Shown: piece by piece, positions 1-12,343 of the stretch
Numbering within the stretch: the stretch's first letter is position 1
Layout: each line of letters opens with the position of its first letter
Source: Neolecta irregularis DAH-3
Taxonomy: Eukaryota
Direction: 5' to 3'
Length of the DNA stretch: 43,821 nt
Assembly (NCBI GenBank): GCA_001929475.1
Contig: LXFE01001036.1
Location: 1 to 43,821 of the forward strand
Made by a program: the position numbers and the translations under genes
Notes under the pieces: generated by a model
What the model was told of the DNA's origin: nothing
Database searches by the model: none
The model's input: the letters and a program-made list of their open reading frames with translations, nothing else

Positions 1-2
1 TC

Positions 3-171
3 TGGCTCGCCTTTGAGCTGCCCGAAGGCCCAGACGGCTTCGACTCCGGCTACGAGTCCTTCCAGCGGTATCCCATTGCCGTAGCCCCAACCCCAACCCG
101 CTTGCAGTGCCGCAGAGGTCACCCAGCACCCCTTCGTCGCCTACCTCACCACCTTCCAGCACCACGCATAA
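3..171 (+). CDS. 3' end of an unidentified gene (partial): ...WLAFELPEGPDGFDSGYESFQR/AAEVTQHPFVAYLTTFQHHA*
   Basis: Open frame from nt 3 with strong C at third positions; GT-AG intron 68-107 joins it to a frame ending in TAA 169-171. Family not recognised. Confidence 0.6.
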
Positions 172-935
172 AGTAGATGCGGGTAATCTAGAATTGATTG
201 GCTTGATCTCAATTACAGTTCTAGTTTACATTGTTTTCCCTAAAGTTGGTGTCTACAACGCTGGTTACACTTGCAGTCTTTATTTCTAGTGGGAGTCTAT
301 CCGACCGCCGTCAATGATCAATAATAATAAGATCCACTAGACTATATGTAAGTAGAACGCATGAGATACAAATAACACCAGGCACTATTCCTAACCTATG
401 TTATATGAATGTAACTTCTGGGGGCAAATATCATTTCATCAATAGTGAGCAAACGTCTCACTCATTCCCTGCCATATCTCTCTCCTTTTACGAAAAGATC
501 TTGCGGGCGTTGGATTTGCCTGTATGTATGGTTGAGAAAAACATGCAGAAAGTGTGGAGACGTAACGATTGATACAATTTCAGCACAATCACTGATAAAA
601 TAGGGTGATATCTTTACCTAACTGGTTATTTGTCTCGAGGGGGGTTTAGAGTCCGGATTACGTGACGAAGAAGTTATCTCCTTATATTTTATGTATCACC
701 ACCATGACAGATGATCAAAATCTTGCACGTAGATCAAAGTTCTGAGGGCCGGGGGTTTCTAGCCCGACCTTGAAACTTTCCACCCATCGAACAACGTGGT
801 TAGGCGAGCTTCAAACAATGATTCACTATCAGGGCTCGGCCTAGACTACTTGTCTACGCACAAAGCAAACATTAAATTAAATAATGCCTTCTCAGGTGGC
901 CCGCCTCTCATTCCTTCTTCCCTTTCCCTATCATT

Positions 936-1361
936 ATGGATGATATTTCTGTTCTTCCACATTTGGTCAGGAAGGGCACTTTGGGATCCAGCGCGCCGTC
1001 GTCAAGTTCTCTACCTCAGTACATTCCAAGTGCGGACCCTTCTCTCCCTGTACCTCCTCCAGTATATCAACCTGTATCTCCTGTGTCCCATGTTTTTACG
1101 GAAACATGCACTATATCGTCTACGATCACATCATCTACTTTGCATATCACGCCCGAAACCTGCACAATAGCGGCTCTTATTCTGACATTCACGAGTCTAG
1201 GGATTGGATTAGGACTAGCTTTGGGGGGTGCATATTGGTCAATCTGTCTGGCTGCTCTACCTGTTGCTTGGACTGCAAACTTTTTAATGAAGAAAGGATT
1301 GGCAGCTCGCCAGAAACGCATGGAAACGAATCGGAAACGAGGGGTAGAGATAATCGCGTGA
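936..1361 (+). CDS. Orphan small membrane protein (141 aa) with PY motifs and two predicted TM helices
   Basis: ATG-initiated ORF; Ser/Pro-rich N-terminus with LPQY and PPVY; hydrophobic IAALILTFTSLGIGLGLALGG and YWSICLAALPVAWTANFL; basic C-tail. Confidence 0.6.
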   Translation: MDDISVLPHLVRKGTLGSSAPSSSSLPQYIPSADPSLPVPPPVYQPVSPVSHVFTETCTISSTITSSTLHITPETCTIAALILTFTSLGIGLGLALGGAYWSICLAALPVAWTANFLMKKGLAARQKRMETNRKRGVEIIA

Positions 1362-1648
1362 TACATAGGTGAAGCATTAGGCAACGGAGTTTGATTGGAA
1401 AGTTGTAAAGGAAAGGGATACAAATTCATCTCTGATATGACCATGTAATATAAGGGACGTCGTATTCAATTAAATTCGAACAAATTGCTCAATCTCTCCC
1501 CAAAACACGATTCGGAAGAAAAAGCGAATTCTATCAGTCGAAACTGGCAGATGGACGCCTTTCTAACCCGATCGTCGATCCGGTAACGTGATACCACTCA
1601 TAAATCCCCGTCCTCCTCCAAACTGCTGCGCTCTCCTACAACACCACG

Positions 1649-2732
1649 ATGCTGGTACCGCGCACACGAATATCGCTATTGCGTTCTGTCGCCTGCAAGA
1701 ATATATTTGCAGCTTGTAGTTTTATTTGGAAACCGTATTAATTGATAGAGGCATATTGCCACATCAGCCCCAGTGCCTATGGCCTCCGTATGAGTTGATC
1801 TTTGGCGATATAGCAATTCATGGGATGCAGGAAGTTCCTTCGCCACCTTCTCTATCCGAAAAACTGCCCTGCAAAGATTCACCGCAGATGAAGACATTCA
1901 GCATTTACCGTTGGGTCTGTCTCGTTTTTACATCGCCTCTCATCGACAGGATCCCGAAAAACCTGACGAGAAACCGAGAATGCAGAAGTACGTGGTCGAT
2001 TTGAATAGCTGCGGGCCAATGGTCCTTGACAGTATCATTAAAATCAAAAACGAACAAGATCCTACATTGACTTTCCGACGAAGTTGCCGCGAAGGCATTT
2101 GCGGGAGTTGTGCGATGAATATTAACGGCGTCAATACTCTTGCCTGTATCTGCCGAATCGAGTCGGATTCTTCTAAAGAATGCAAGATTTATCCTCTGCC
2201 CCATATGTATGTTGTCAAAGATCTTGTTCCGGATCTTACAAACTTGTATCTTCCTTGGTTGAATTTCTCAAGCCAACGAGCAGCTACAAACAGTACAAAA
2301 GCATCAAACCGTATCTCCAACGAAATGAGCATCCCGAACGCGAGAATCTTCAAAGTATCAAGGACCGACGAAAGCTGGATGGTTTATACGAATGTATTCT
2401 CTGTGCATGTTGCAGTACTTCATGTCCGTCTTATTGGTGGAATCAAGAAGAATACCTCGGACCAGCTGTTCTGATGCAAGCCTACCGATGCAAGTCTCTT
2501 TCCAGGATACTTTACTTATACATCAGGGCTTTCAGATTCTCGAGACCAAGCTTCATATGAGCGAAAGGAGATGCTCGAGAATTCAATGAGTCTATATAGA
2601 TGTCACACAATCATGAACTGTGCAGTATCTGACAAATGCTATTGTCCATGCTAATACCAGCGAACTTGTCCGAAGGGATTGAACCCAGGTTTAGCTATTG
2701 CGGAGATTAAGAAGGAAATGGCTCTCCATTAA
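1649..2732 (+). CDS. SDH2: Succinate dehydrogenase iron-sulfur subunit, 6 introns
   Basis: Motifs [53 protein letters not shown]. Introns include 1788-1830, 1915-1949 and GC-AG 2490-2526; intron 1 boundaries are ambiguous. Basic mitochondrial-type presequence. Confidence 0.97.
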
Positions 2733-3336
2733 GGGTTGGAAGCAATAGGAATTTGAAATAGCAACTCTTTTTACAATTGTTTTTTTGGTTTAATAGTCAA
2801 GGCCATAATCTCCAGCAATATACTCCAAGTTGGTTTTGTTTACTTGAGCAATGCACAGCTCCGATATAAAACCTCGGATTAAGTGCATGATGCTTAAAAC
2901 CTTGGCTAGCTTGCTTTTGTGATTATACTTGACTCCATCGAAAATGATGAATTTTAAAGTCATATGAGCAGAATCTATTACAAGAGAAAGCCAGTAATTT
3001 TTATATCACGGCAAGACTTCTCTGGGTAGCACATGAGAAGTCAACTCAACAAAGAAGAGAATATGGACGGGCGAAACGAAATTCTGGAGAAGTCACCGAG
3101 CTCATATATTTGTAATGAAAGATTTTGTGACACGTCGTAAACGCTGGTCTTTATGCTTTTATAGCAAGCTTATTGGGATATTGAAAAGGTAATGACCTTT
3201 AATCGGTGAGTTGCAGTTACGATTTCAGTTTCAAAATGTTTTTGAGATTCAGGGTTGCGTATTTCCTACATGCATTTACCAAATGAGTGTGACGGGAGAA
3301 AGCCAAAAAGACACATGGTTCCATCATTAGCTCTCA

Positions 3337-3723
3337 TCAATTACCTGAATGTCGAACCTGTCGTTTGCCTAATTGCAGTGTCTCCTTCCCATCACTTCGA
3401 TGCGAACTACTGGAGACTCCTCTAGCCTTTGCCAATGCAATGGAATCTACGGTTGCAGAGAACCTTAGAGGACCATGGCAGGGACTTGAGCACTCCTCTG
3501 AACTGGAACAGCTTGATACTGATGCCCTCTGCAACACAGGCGAGCAGTGTTTCTTTGTGACTTTGGTTTGAACATCATGAGGCAGCAGCGAACAAGGTCG
3601 GTCCTGACGTTGCCTCAGATTATTCGACACACTTTGAGATTCTTCTTCGACAGATACGGATTCCTGTCCGTGCTTTTTAGGGGTGTTTCCTAAAAACAGT
3701 GACTTCAGGTTGAGATGTGGCAT
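3337..3723 (-). CDS. Possible orphan Ser-rich protein (first exon or whole ORF, 128 aa)
   Basis: ATG-initiated ORF, divergent from CWC27, occupying an otherwise 1.3 kb empty interval; no recognisable motif; 3' end uncertain. Confidence 0.4.
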   Translation of the reverse strand: MPHLNLKSLFLGNTPKKHGQESVSVEEESQSVSNNLRQRQDRPCSLLPHDVQTKVTKKHCSPVLQRASVSSCSSSEECSSPCHGPLRFSATVDSIALAKARGVSSSSHRSDGKETLQLGKRQVRHSGN

Positions 3724-4025
3724 GATGATAGAGATATAAACAACAAATTTGATCGGCCTTGTAATTTTTTATGAAGATTTTAAAAGTTGGAATGAATGCC
3801 GGATGGAAGGGACAGTTGATGGGAAGGACGTTGCGTGCTAACTGATGGAAGTACAGGAAGGAAATATTTCGGAATCTGACTTCTTTCAGAAAGGTCATAC
3901 CACCGCTCGAAACCCTCCATCATTTAGTAGACGAAAGTCAAGACTGGTGTGGAACAAGCATTCGTTTATTTCTTGTTTCCACCTTGACAACGTCCAACCA
4001 ACTGCCACCTTCATAGACTGATAAG

Positions 4026-5590
4026 ATGACAGCTGTAGTCATTCAAGAGCCTTTTACCGAGTCTACTCTCTTCCCATCTATATATAGCTGACTGAATCAG
4101 GGGAAAAGTTCTTTTGTCAACTACAAAGGGCGATATCGAGATCGAACTGTGGCCGAAACAAGCACCAAAGGCTGTTCGCAATTTTGTTCAGTTGTGTATG
4201 ATCTGCACATAAAATATACTGATCGTAGGTCTCGAAGGATACTACAACAGCACGGTGTTCCATCGGCTTGTCCCGTCATTTATCCTGCAAGGTGGAGATC
4301 CAACAGGAACAGGAACAGGCGGTCAATCAATCTACGACGAACCGTTTCCCGATGAATTTCACTCCCGATTGCGATACTCCCGTCGAGGATTGGTTGGTAT
4401 GGCAAGTTCAGGACCTAGTGACAACGGATCTCAATTTTTCATTACGCTTGCCGCAACCCCGGAGCTCCAAGGGAAGAATACGCTATTTGGAAGAGTCATG
4501 GGAGATACAATTTTCAATATAGTGAAAATGGGAGAAGCAGATGTTGAGGGAGAGCGGCCTCTTTATCCTGTGAGGATCATCAAGTCTGAAGTGCTCTGGA
4601 ACCCATTTGAGGATATTGTACCCAGGATTTCCGAGCCTTTGCCCGTTGTGAAAGAAAAGGGTACTAAGAAAAAGGGAAAGAAGTGCGTTTGTACATGTGG
4701 GCTTGCTTACTTTTAGAAATAAAGCCCTCTTGAGCTTTGAAGACGAAACAGAGAAGGATGTTGTCACAAAGAAAATAGTCAGTATGCATGATGTTGGAGA
4801 TGACCCTCGGCTAGTCAAGGAAACCGCCCATCGAGAACAGAAGGAACGGCCTCACAATATAAACGAAGTCGCAAAATTGAAACCAGAATCTAAGGAAACT
4901 ACAGTGCCAGACCCGCCCAAATCAGAGAAAATGGAGATTATCGAGGTCGAATCAAACAAATCACCGCCACCGAAACGGAAGCAGAAACTGCCAGGAATAA
5001 ATGACTTGCAAGCTCAGATAGATGCTATGAAGAATAGTATCAGGAGTCTAGACGATCGAACGGTTGCCCCATCGGATTTGCACAAAGAAAAGAAGAAGTC
5101 AAGTTATCTCGATCTTGAACGCGAGAAATATAAGTCAGGCAAAGCAATCATTGGCAGGAAAAGAAAGAAACCTGGGAATGAGGCTGAAATTCTATCTGCC
5201 CTCGAAAGTTTCCGATCAAAACTTCAGGCTCCTTCAAGCGAATCTTCAGCGACCCCCGAAATCTCGAAATTTGGAGAAGTTTGCCCGTTACATCTTGTCC
5301 CAGGTTGTATGTCTTGTTTCGATCGATTAGGGGAGACCAATGATAACGAAGATTTGTCAGAGTTCACAGCCAGCCGCTCCTGGTTAAATCATTCATTAAC
5401 ATTCGGAAAAGATTATCTCGGTAAGGATGGAACGTATAAAATGCAAAGGGAAATGGAAAATTACGAAGTAATTGATCCTCGAGAACGTAAAGCGGAGGCG
5501 CGGAGGAAAGACAAGGAGTCAAGGAAGAGCGACGGGATTAGCAGGAGCTTTCGAAAGGAAGGGGGATGGAATGGCCGGAAAAATGATTGA
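4026..5590 (+). CDS. CWC27: Spliceosome-associated cyclophilin Cwc27, 3 introns
   Basis: EPFTEGKVLLSTTKGDIEIELWPKQAPKAVRNF, FHRLVPSFILQGGDPTGTGTGG, EFHSRLRYSRRGLVGMA, NPFEDIVPR, NKALLSF and C-terminal YEVIDPRE. Introns include 4196-4228 and 4683-4716. Confidence 0.93.
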
Positions 5591-5625
5591 TTCTAATAAA
5601 TTTCGTGTACAGTATTAAAGTCAAT

Positions 5626-6144
5626 CTACCCAAAAGCAGGCGTTGTACAATAATTGATCACCAGTTGATCTGCAACTTTGAAGCACTATCAGTAAGCATA
5701 TATCCCATAAGCACATACCTTGTACAGATTCCCCACTATCTCATCCGGAGCTGGGGCAAACGCTGAATTGACGTAGAGAAACTTGAATCTATCAGTGGAT
5801 ACTGACTGTGAACTTACCAGGCTATCCTTTGATGAGCATTGCAACTGTTTTCGTAGCCACCGACCAACAATATCAAACCTCTGTGTCGAAGAAACCGTAC
5901 AGATAGGCTGTTTAAGCATTTTTGTTGCCCCCACCGCTTTGAACAGTATTTTTACTATTGTTAACGCTGGTCGGCGAAAGGAAATACTCTTTACCTTTTG
6001 GCTGTCGGCAGAGTATTCTTGAAGGGCTGTCGATGCATCTATTGGAAGTTGGGAAAGGAGAACTGACTGTGAGATTGACTGGAGCGGATTTACTGGGGAT
6101 TCATCCGGAATTCGGGATTCGTTCAATGGCTGAAGTTGGCTCAT
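5626..6144 (-). CDS. ATG12: Ubiquitin-like autophagy protein Atg12, probably 3 introns
   Basis: FKAVG...FLYVNSAFAPAPDEIVGNLYK, then after an intron CFKVADQLVINYCTTPAFG*, ending in the conserved C-terminal Gly. Confidence 0.93.
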
Positions 6145-6963
6145 ATGAGGTATAGTAATGTTATTTGAGAACTGTCATGGAACCCGACCGGGCACAATAT
6201 GGATTTGTCGAGTATTTCTCGATAAGACACTATTTTAGTAGTAAACATTTGCGCAGTGGTCTTCATCAATTTGCTCTTTCGTGGAAGAAGATAAAGATAT
6301 CTCCGGATGTTCTTCTCAGCCCAATTATCTTGAATTCATTTTTAATTATTCTAACACTCATGTAACAATGATGCTCCCTGTAAGCGCGAGGGTCTGTAAA
6401 ACCTGGAGACTCTGCAATCAGAGTTTTATACAATCGTCATTTTGGATGAGTATATATCGCCATCTGTGGATGTTGTACAGAGATAACAAGGTGCTTATCC
6501 CTAATAAGGTCAATAGTCATTATTAGATTCCGATTGAGCGATATGCCATGTATGCTCCGATGGCAAATGACGGGTTATTTCGTCGAAGATGAAAAATGTG
6601 CTCAAGGACTAATATTGTAGTATATTCGTAGTTTCCTCACGATAATGATCTGATAGTATACTTGTTTGGTTAGCGGTTGGCCTTGCTGGCTGCAATCCTA
6701 ATTCTAGCACTGAAGAAGGCATCCTGTGATGACGGGACGAGGAACAAGGTCGTGTGAATGCTGCTGCGACATGACTCGAATCGGCCACGGATTGGTCGAA
6801 GAAGAAAAGCAGATTGAGATGAGCAAGATGGAATTATAGCGAATAAATACGAAGGGCAGAATCAAAAGAAATTGTCAGTCCCAAAACCAGGTGAGTGTGG
6901 ATTTATCAGGGAGTATAGGCTTATGGGTGGCTTGGTTAATTAGGGGCATCTAATTACGACAAG

Positions 6964-6981
6964 GAAGATTCTCGAAAGTTC
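6964..6981. promoter_or_regulatory. Perfect four-unit heat shock element (GAAnnTTCnnGAAnnTTC)
   Basis: GAAgaTTCtcGAAagTTC lies 20 bp upstream of TATAAA (7002-7007) and about 135 bp upstream of the HSP70 ATG. Confidence 0.9.
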
Positions 6982-7115
6982 TCAGACTCACCACCAGGCA
7001 ATATAAAGACAGCAATGTTCGCCCCTCCTCCTTCCAAGCCATTTTCGCTCAAGCAATCGAACCTTAATTCACTTAAGTATTTGTCCCTATCGGTTCTATC
7101 GCTGATATTCTAGGA

Positions 7116-9121
7116 ATGTCTACAGAAAAAGCTATCGGTATTGATCTGGGAACCACCTACTCGTGCGTCGGTGTATGGCAAAATGACCGGGTCGAAATCA
7201 TTGCAAACGACCAAGGAAACAGAACCACTCCTTCATACGTCGCTTTCACAGATACTGAACGCCTGATTGGTGATGCTGCAAAGAATCAGGTGGCCATGAA
7301 CCCGGAAAATACGTTAGACTTGTCATTCATGGCATAAAATTAACTGTTTAGTGTTTTTGATGCCAAACGTCTAATCGGACGAAAGTTCGCTGATCCTGAA
7401 GTTCAAGCCGATATGTTGCATTGGCCATTTCAAGTGACCAATGTGAATGGTCAACCACATATCAAAGTCCAATATAAAGGCGAGTCCAAGGTATTTACGC
7501 CCGAAGAAATTTCCGCTATGATCCTCGTGAAAATGCGGGAGACCGCCGAAGCGTACCTCGGACTCACATGCAACAATGCTGTCATTACCGTTCCCGCTTA
7601 CTTCAATGATTCACAGCGACAAGCCACAAAAGATGCCGGTGCTATTGCTGGCATGAATGTCCTACGTATTATCAACGAACCCACTGCTGCTGCTATCGCC
7701 TACGGTCTCGACAAAAAGAGTACCGGTGAGAAGAATGTTCTTATCTTCGATCTTGGTGGCGGTACATTTGATGTATCTCTTCTCACCATTGAAGAAGGAA
7801 TTTTCGAAGTGAAGGCTACAGCTGGTGATACTCACTTGGGTGGCGAAGATTTCGACAACAGACTCGTAAACCACTTCACTCAGGAATTCAAACGGAAACA
7901 CAAGAAGGACCTTTCTTCATCTGCTCGAGCTCTACGACGTCTTCGAACTGCTTGCGAGCGAGCTAAGCGAACTCTTTCTTCCTCTGCGCAAACCTCAATC
8001 GAAATCGACTCATTGTTTGAGGGTATCGACTTTTACACCAGCATCACCCGAGCTCGCTTTGAGGAATTATGCCAAGATCTTTTCCGAAGCACTGTCGACC
8101 CAGTCGAGAAGGTTCTCCGAGATTCCAAGATTGACAAGTCCCAAGTTCATGAGATCGTTCTCGTTGGTGGTTCAACTCGTATTCCTAGGATTGAGAAACT
8201 CATCTCCGACCTATTCAACGGCAAGACCCCCTGCAAGTCTATCAACCCCGATGAAGCTGTTGCTTATGGCGCTGCCGTTCAGGCTGCTATCCTAACTGGT
8301 GACACATCAGAAAAAACTCAAGACCTTCTACTTCTCGATGTTGCTCCTCTTTCCCTCGGTATCGAAACTGCCGGTGGCGTCATGACCGCTCTGATTCCGC
8401 GAAACACTACCGTCCCGACGAAAAAAACAGAAACCTTCTCTACGTTTAGTGACCAGCAGTCTGGTGTACTCATCCAAATATATGAGGGGGAACGTGCTCG
8501 AACCAAGGATTGTAACATCCTTGGAACTTTTGAACTCTCCGGTATTCCCCCTGCGCCTCGAGGTGTGCCGCAGATTGAAGTGACATTTGATGTTGATGCC
8601 AATGGTATCCTTAATGTTTCGGCTTTGGAGAAGGGAACCGGCAAATTTAACAAGCTCACTATTATAAATGAAAAAGGACGGTTGTCTAAAGAGGACATTG
8701 AACGAATGGTCAACGACGCAGAGAAATACAAGCAAGAAGACGAAAGCGAGAAGGCTCGAATTTCTGCTAAGAATGGTCTTGAATCATATGCTTATTCGCT
8801 GAAGAACTCGATTAATGACGAGAAGCTCAAGGAGAAGATTGATGCTGGCGATAAGGAGAAGCTGCAAAAGGTCATTAATGAAACGACGTCCTGGCTCGAC
8901 AACAACACCACCGCTACCACTGAGGAGTACTCTGAACGACAAAAGGAGCTGGAAGCTGTTGCCCAGCCTATCATGATGAAGGTTTGTGCTTTTTCCATAC
9001 CTTGCTGATGATGCAGGTCTATCAAGGCGGCGACGGTGGCGGCATGCCTACCGGGGCTGCCCCTGGTGGATTCCCAGGTGCTGCTGGCGGTAGCGAGCCT
9101 ACAGTTGAAGAGGTTGATTAA
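7116..9121 (+). CDS. SSA1: Cytosolic Hsp70 (SSA type), 2 introns
   Basis: [37 protein letters not shown]; intron 7313-7351; the last exon ends PTVEEVD*. Confidence 0.98.
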
Positions 9122-9274
9122 AATCCTGTTGCTGCCTATTTTAGATGTGCATGTTAGTTTCTGGTTCTTGCTATATTTGCTTCTATTATGTAACTTGGAT
9201 GGAATTATAGAAGCTGCTTTGTCCACACGTGATCGCGCAATACTCCAGCCGCCGCTTGTCCGTCGATTTCTGTC

Positions 9275-10577
9275 ATGTCGACGGATCGACTATCCGAACT
9301 GATCCACAAACTCTCTCCCATCCGCGAATACCACAACATTGTATCCTGCTGCTGTAATATTGTCTCTTGTGAGAACCACAAGAGGAATGAAAACATCGTG
9401 ACGCAGCTCGAAGGAGAAGTCAGAGTCGCTGCCGGTACAGATGCATCCGACACCGCGTTAACTATAGAACTCGGCCAGGCTCTTCTCCTGCGATACGAAG
9501 ACACCGTGGAATCCTCAGCTGTAGAAAAGAAGAGACTCAAAGGCGAGATCGAACGACTAGCACAACTGGAAAAAGATTTGTCCAACGAATTCAAAATCAT
9601 GGAAGACCGAAATAGAATTCTGGCAAGCGATAATTCGCGGTTCATCAGGATGAATGAAAAATTACTACATGTACTTTCCAATTCTGTAGCGCAGTTTCTA
9701 AATCCAGGATTTGGAGAGTCTAAATCTGCAGTTGTCTAGTGCAGATGAACGAATGGAGCACCTGACAGAAAATCTTCGATCCACGCATCTTGAAATCGAA
9801 CGTTTGAAAAGAGTAAACTCGAGTCTCGAACCCCAGCTGGAATATCTCTCCACTTCCAACTCACAGCTTTCAAACATGTTGAAATGCACATATTCGAGAA
9901 GTCAAAGGACGAGTAACCAATCAGTTACGATTCAAAGCAAATCATTAGACGTTCCCGATGAAGAAGACGAATACATCCACAATTTAGAAACCTCAAATCT
10001 GGAACTGAAGAAAAAGACAGTGGACTTGACTGCTCTTTTGAATGACACCCAGAAGCAGTTGCACAAATTACGCAGTGTCGATTTGGAAAAGGACATCCAT
10101 TACCATTACCACTATCATCTACCCACAGATACCGAATCTCCTTTATCAACACCGAGAAGACTCTCCAATGTTCCGTCTCGTTTTGGTGGGGAAGGTAATT
10201 GTCCCTCTATAGACTATGCTCGACCCCCTCCTTCTCTGGATCTTTTTGCAGCCACGCGTGCACTTCGACGCGCTCAAAGCCACGAAAGTATTCTCACCTT
10301 GAATGCTCGGTCGTCGTTATTCAGTCGTACTCCGACAACTAGCTCGGCGGTGACAAGCGTATCCAGCGTGTTCGCATCCCCTCGACTCAATCGTACAGAT
10401 GGCTCCGTTGGTAGGTTAAAGAGGGTTTCTGGTAATGTTTCCTCGACGTCGACAAGTCCGTGGTCGAAACTTTGGGGGCGAAAGAGATTGAGCGTCCAAG
10501 AAGAGAAGAAAAATATAAATGTGGTTTGTACTGGAATTGATGTTGACGAACTAAGAAATGCGCTACAGGAATATTGA
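9275..10577 (+). CDS. Uncharacterised coiled-coil protein, 1 intron
   Basis: Two long ORFs joined by a 37-nt GT-AG intron (LLH/DLESLN); heptad-rich N-terminal half, Ser/Arg-rich tail, ending IDVDELRNALQEY. Confidence 0.8.
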
Positions 10578-10795
10578 ACGTTTCTGTTATTTATTAGGGT
10601 AATTATATCGCGGGGGTACATGTAGAGTAGAGGGTTTATGAGTATTTGTAGTAGCTTTTAATCTCCAGAAAGTCTTTCCGAGAGCAGTTAGCTTTTAAAA
10701 GGAAATATCCTTTCCCGATTTCATTGCAGAGGTCTCACAGATCTGAAAATCGCCCACATATCCAGTTCAGTATCTTCAAAGGATGAACAGGATAG

Positions 10796-12076
10796 TCACT
10801 CCCAACCGCTTCGAGTGCCACGTTCAACGAAACCCATGTTGAATTTGAGCAATCCTCGCAAATCATCTGCCCATTCCTCGCCTCTACTGACACACCATAT
10901 ACTGTCACCCCGTCCAATTTCCATATATTCGCCTTTATTGAGAATGCAAGTCGCCCGTCCGTCCAAAACCACTTCTGCTGAGCCACGACTATTCTCACTG
11001 ATTTGAAGCTGTATCGTAGAGGATTCGGGAAGTACAAGAGGTCGAAAGGAGAGACTCGCAGGGCAGATAGGAGTGAGCAGGATTGTTGAAACACAAGGAT
11101 GAATGATAGGGCCGCCGGCGGATATGCTGTACGCGGTGCTTCCTGTTGGGGTGGAGATAATCAAGCCGTCTGCCTATAAAACTCAACAATCATTTATGAC
11201 ATGCAGTAAACCATTGTTTCGGTCAAGAATCTGTTGTCGATGGAGATTTTGAGGTTTGTTAGATGTGGTTCTCTGCCCCGATGAAGATTTACTTCATTCA
11301 TGACATTGGTAATATCTGTGGCCATCAGACAATGCCACAGCAAAACCAAAAAAACATACCAATACTGAAATCTCCTCGTGATAGTTTCGTTCCATCGACA
11401 TTGAACGCCGCACATTGTAGTCTTGTACGTTCCAGCAGGCGGACCTTACCAGTTACAAGCTCGTCAAACACCAACTTGTAGTCACAAAAGTCTCTAATGT
11501 GGTGAGCTTAAGACCAAGTAAAATAGACAAAAAGACAAAAAGACATACTGAATGGGAGCAGAAACCCCAACGTCCCGAGGGAGAACGAGAGGACTGGTGG
11601 CATGCGACACTTTGAGAACAAACTCGAGGCATGTAGAACAGTGCCATCCCCACCAAACGTGACTACGGCGTCCACAATTCTGTTATATTCTGAGACTGCG
11701 GAGTGAGGGGGTGGTGAAAATGCAAACGGCAGATCGTTCTTGAAGTCATCGATTACTGATGGCTCAAGCAGAATATTGAGATCTTTGTATGCCTGATTGA
11801 CATGCCTTCAGCTAAGCTATAGTCCAGTGGCATGAATAAGAACCTCGCAAATTCAACTACTGAAGCTCTGACTCGCTCGTCGTGGTGCTTCTTGACCAAA
11901 AGGATATTTCTCGGCGGAGAAGGCCATTGCAAACGGTGGAGATGCTGGCCGGGAATCTGCCTGTAGCTGGGATTTGAACAATTCGGCAGGTTTGGCCAAT
12001 CTTTGATAGTCGAGTGCGTCCGTCGCTGGAGAAATCGTGAAAAAGATCCAATTTTCCAGTTCGCGTTGACGACCAT
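10796..12076 (-). CDS. POS5: NAD(H) kinase, mitochondrial Pos5-like, 4 introns
   Basis: VTFGGDGTVLHAS, SFSLGTLGFLLPF, MNEVNLHRG, ADGLIISTPTGSTAYSISAGGPI, LSFRPLVLP; basic N-terminal presequence. Confidence 0.9.
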
Positions 12077-12343
12077 GGCAGCTTGGTATAGTCCATGTGC
12101 AATTATTGCTAGTTTATATATACAACCCAAAGGGTGAAACTATTGGAATACCGCTACACCAGATCGTTGGGGTAAAAATTTCGCTCAATACACCATAGAT
12201 CTACAAAGGACCCGGCAAACTCGAGTTGACGCCCGTCGATTGTCCACTAACCCTTCACACGTGATGTTGTTCAGGGTTTCTCTAGCCACACTAATTCAAC
12301 AGATCGGGACCTGAGAAACCATTGCAACACGCACTAAGGAAAC

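Noticed and set aside
1700-1767. Possible additional GC donor in SDH2 intron 1
   Set aside because: A canonical GT-AG solution (1716-1767) also keeps frame and the presequence is not conserved enough to decide; not counted.
2944-6732. Box C-like RTGATGA motifs at about 2944 and 6726 as snoRNAs
   Set aside because: No properly spaced box D (CTGA) or terminal stem found.
7662-9226. Antisense ORFs over HSP70
   Set aside because: Well-known consequence of codon bias in HSP70 genes; no independent support.
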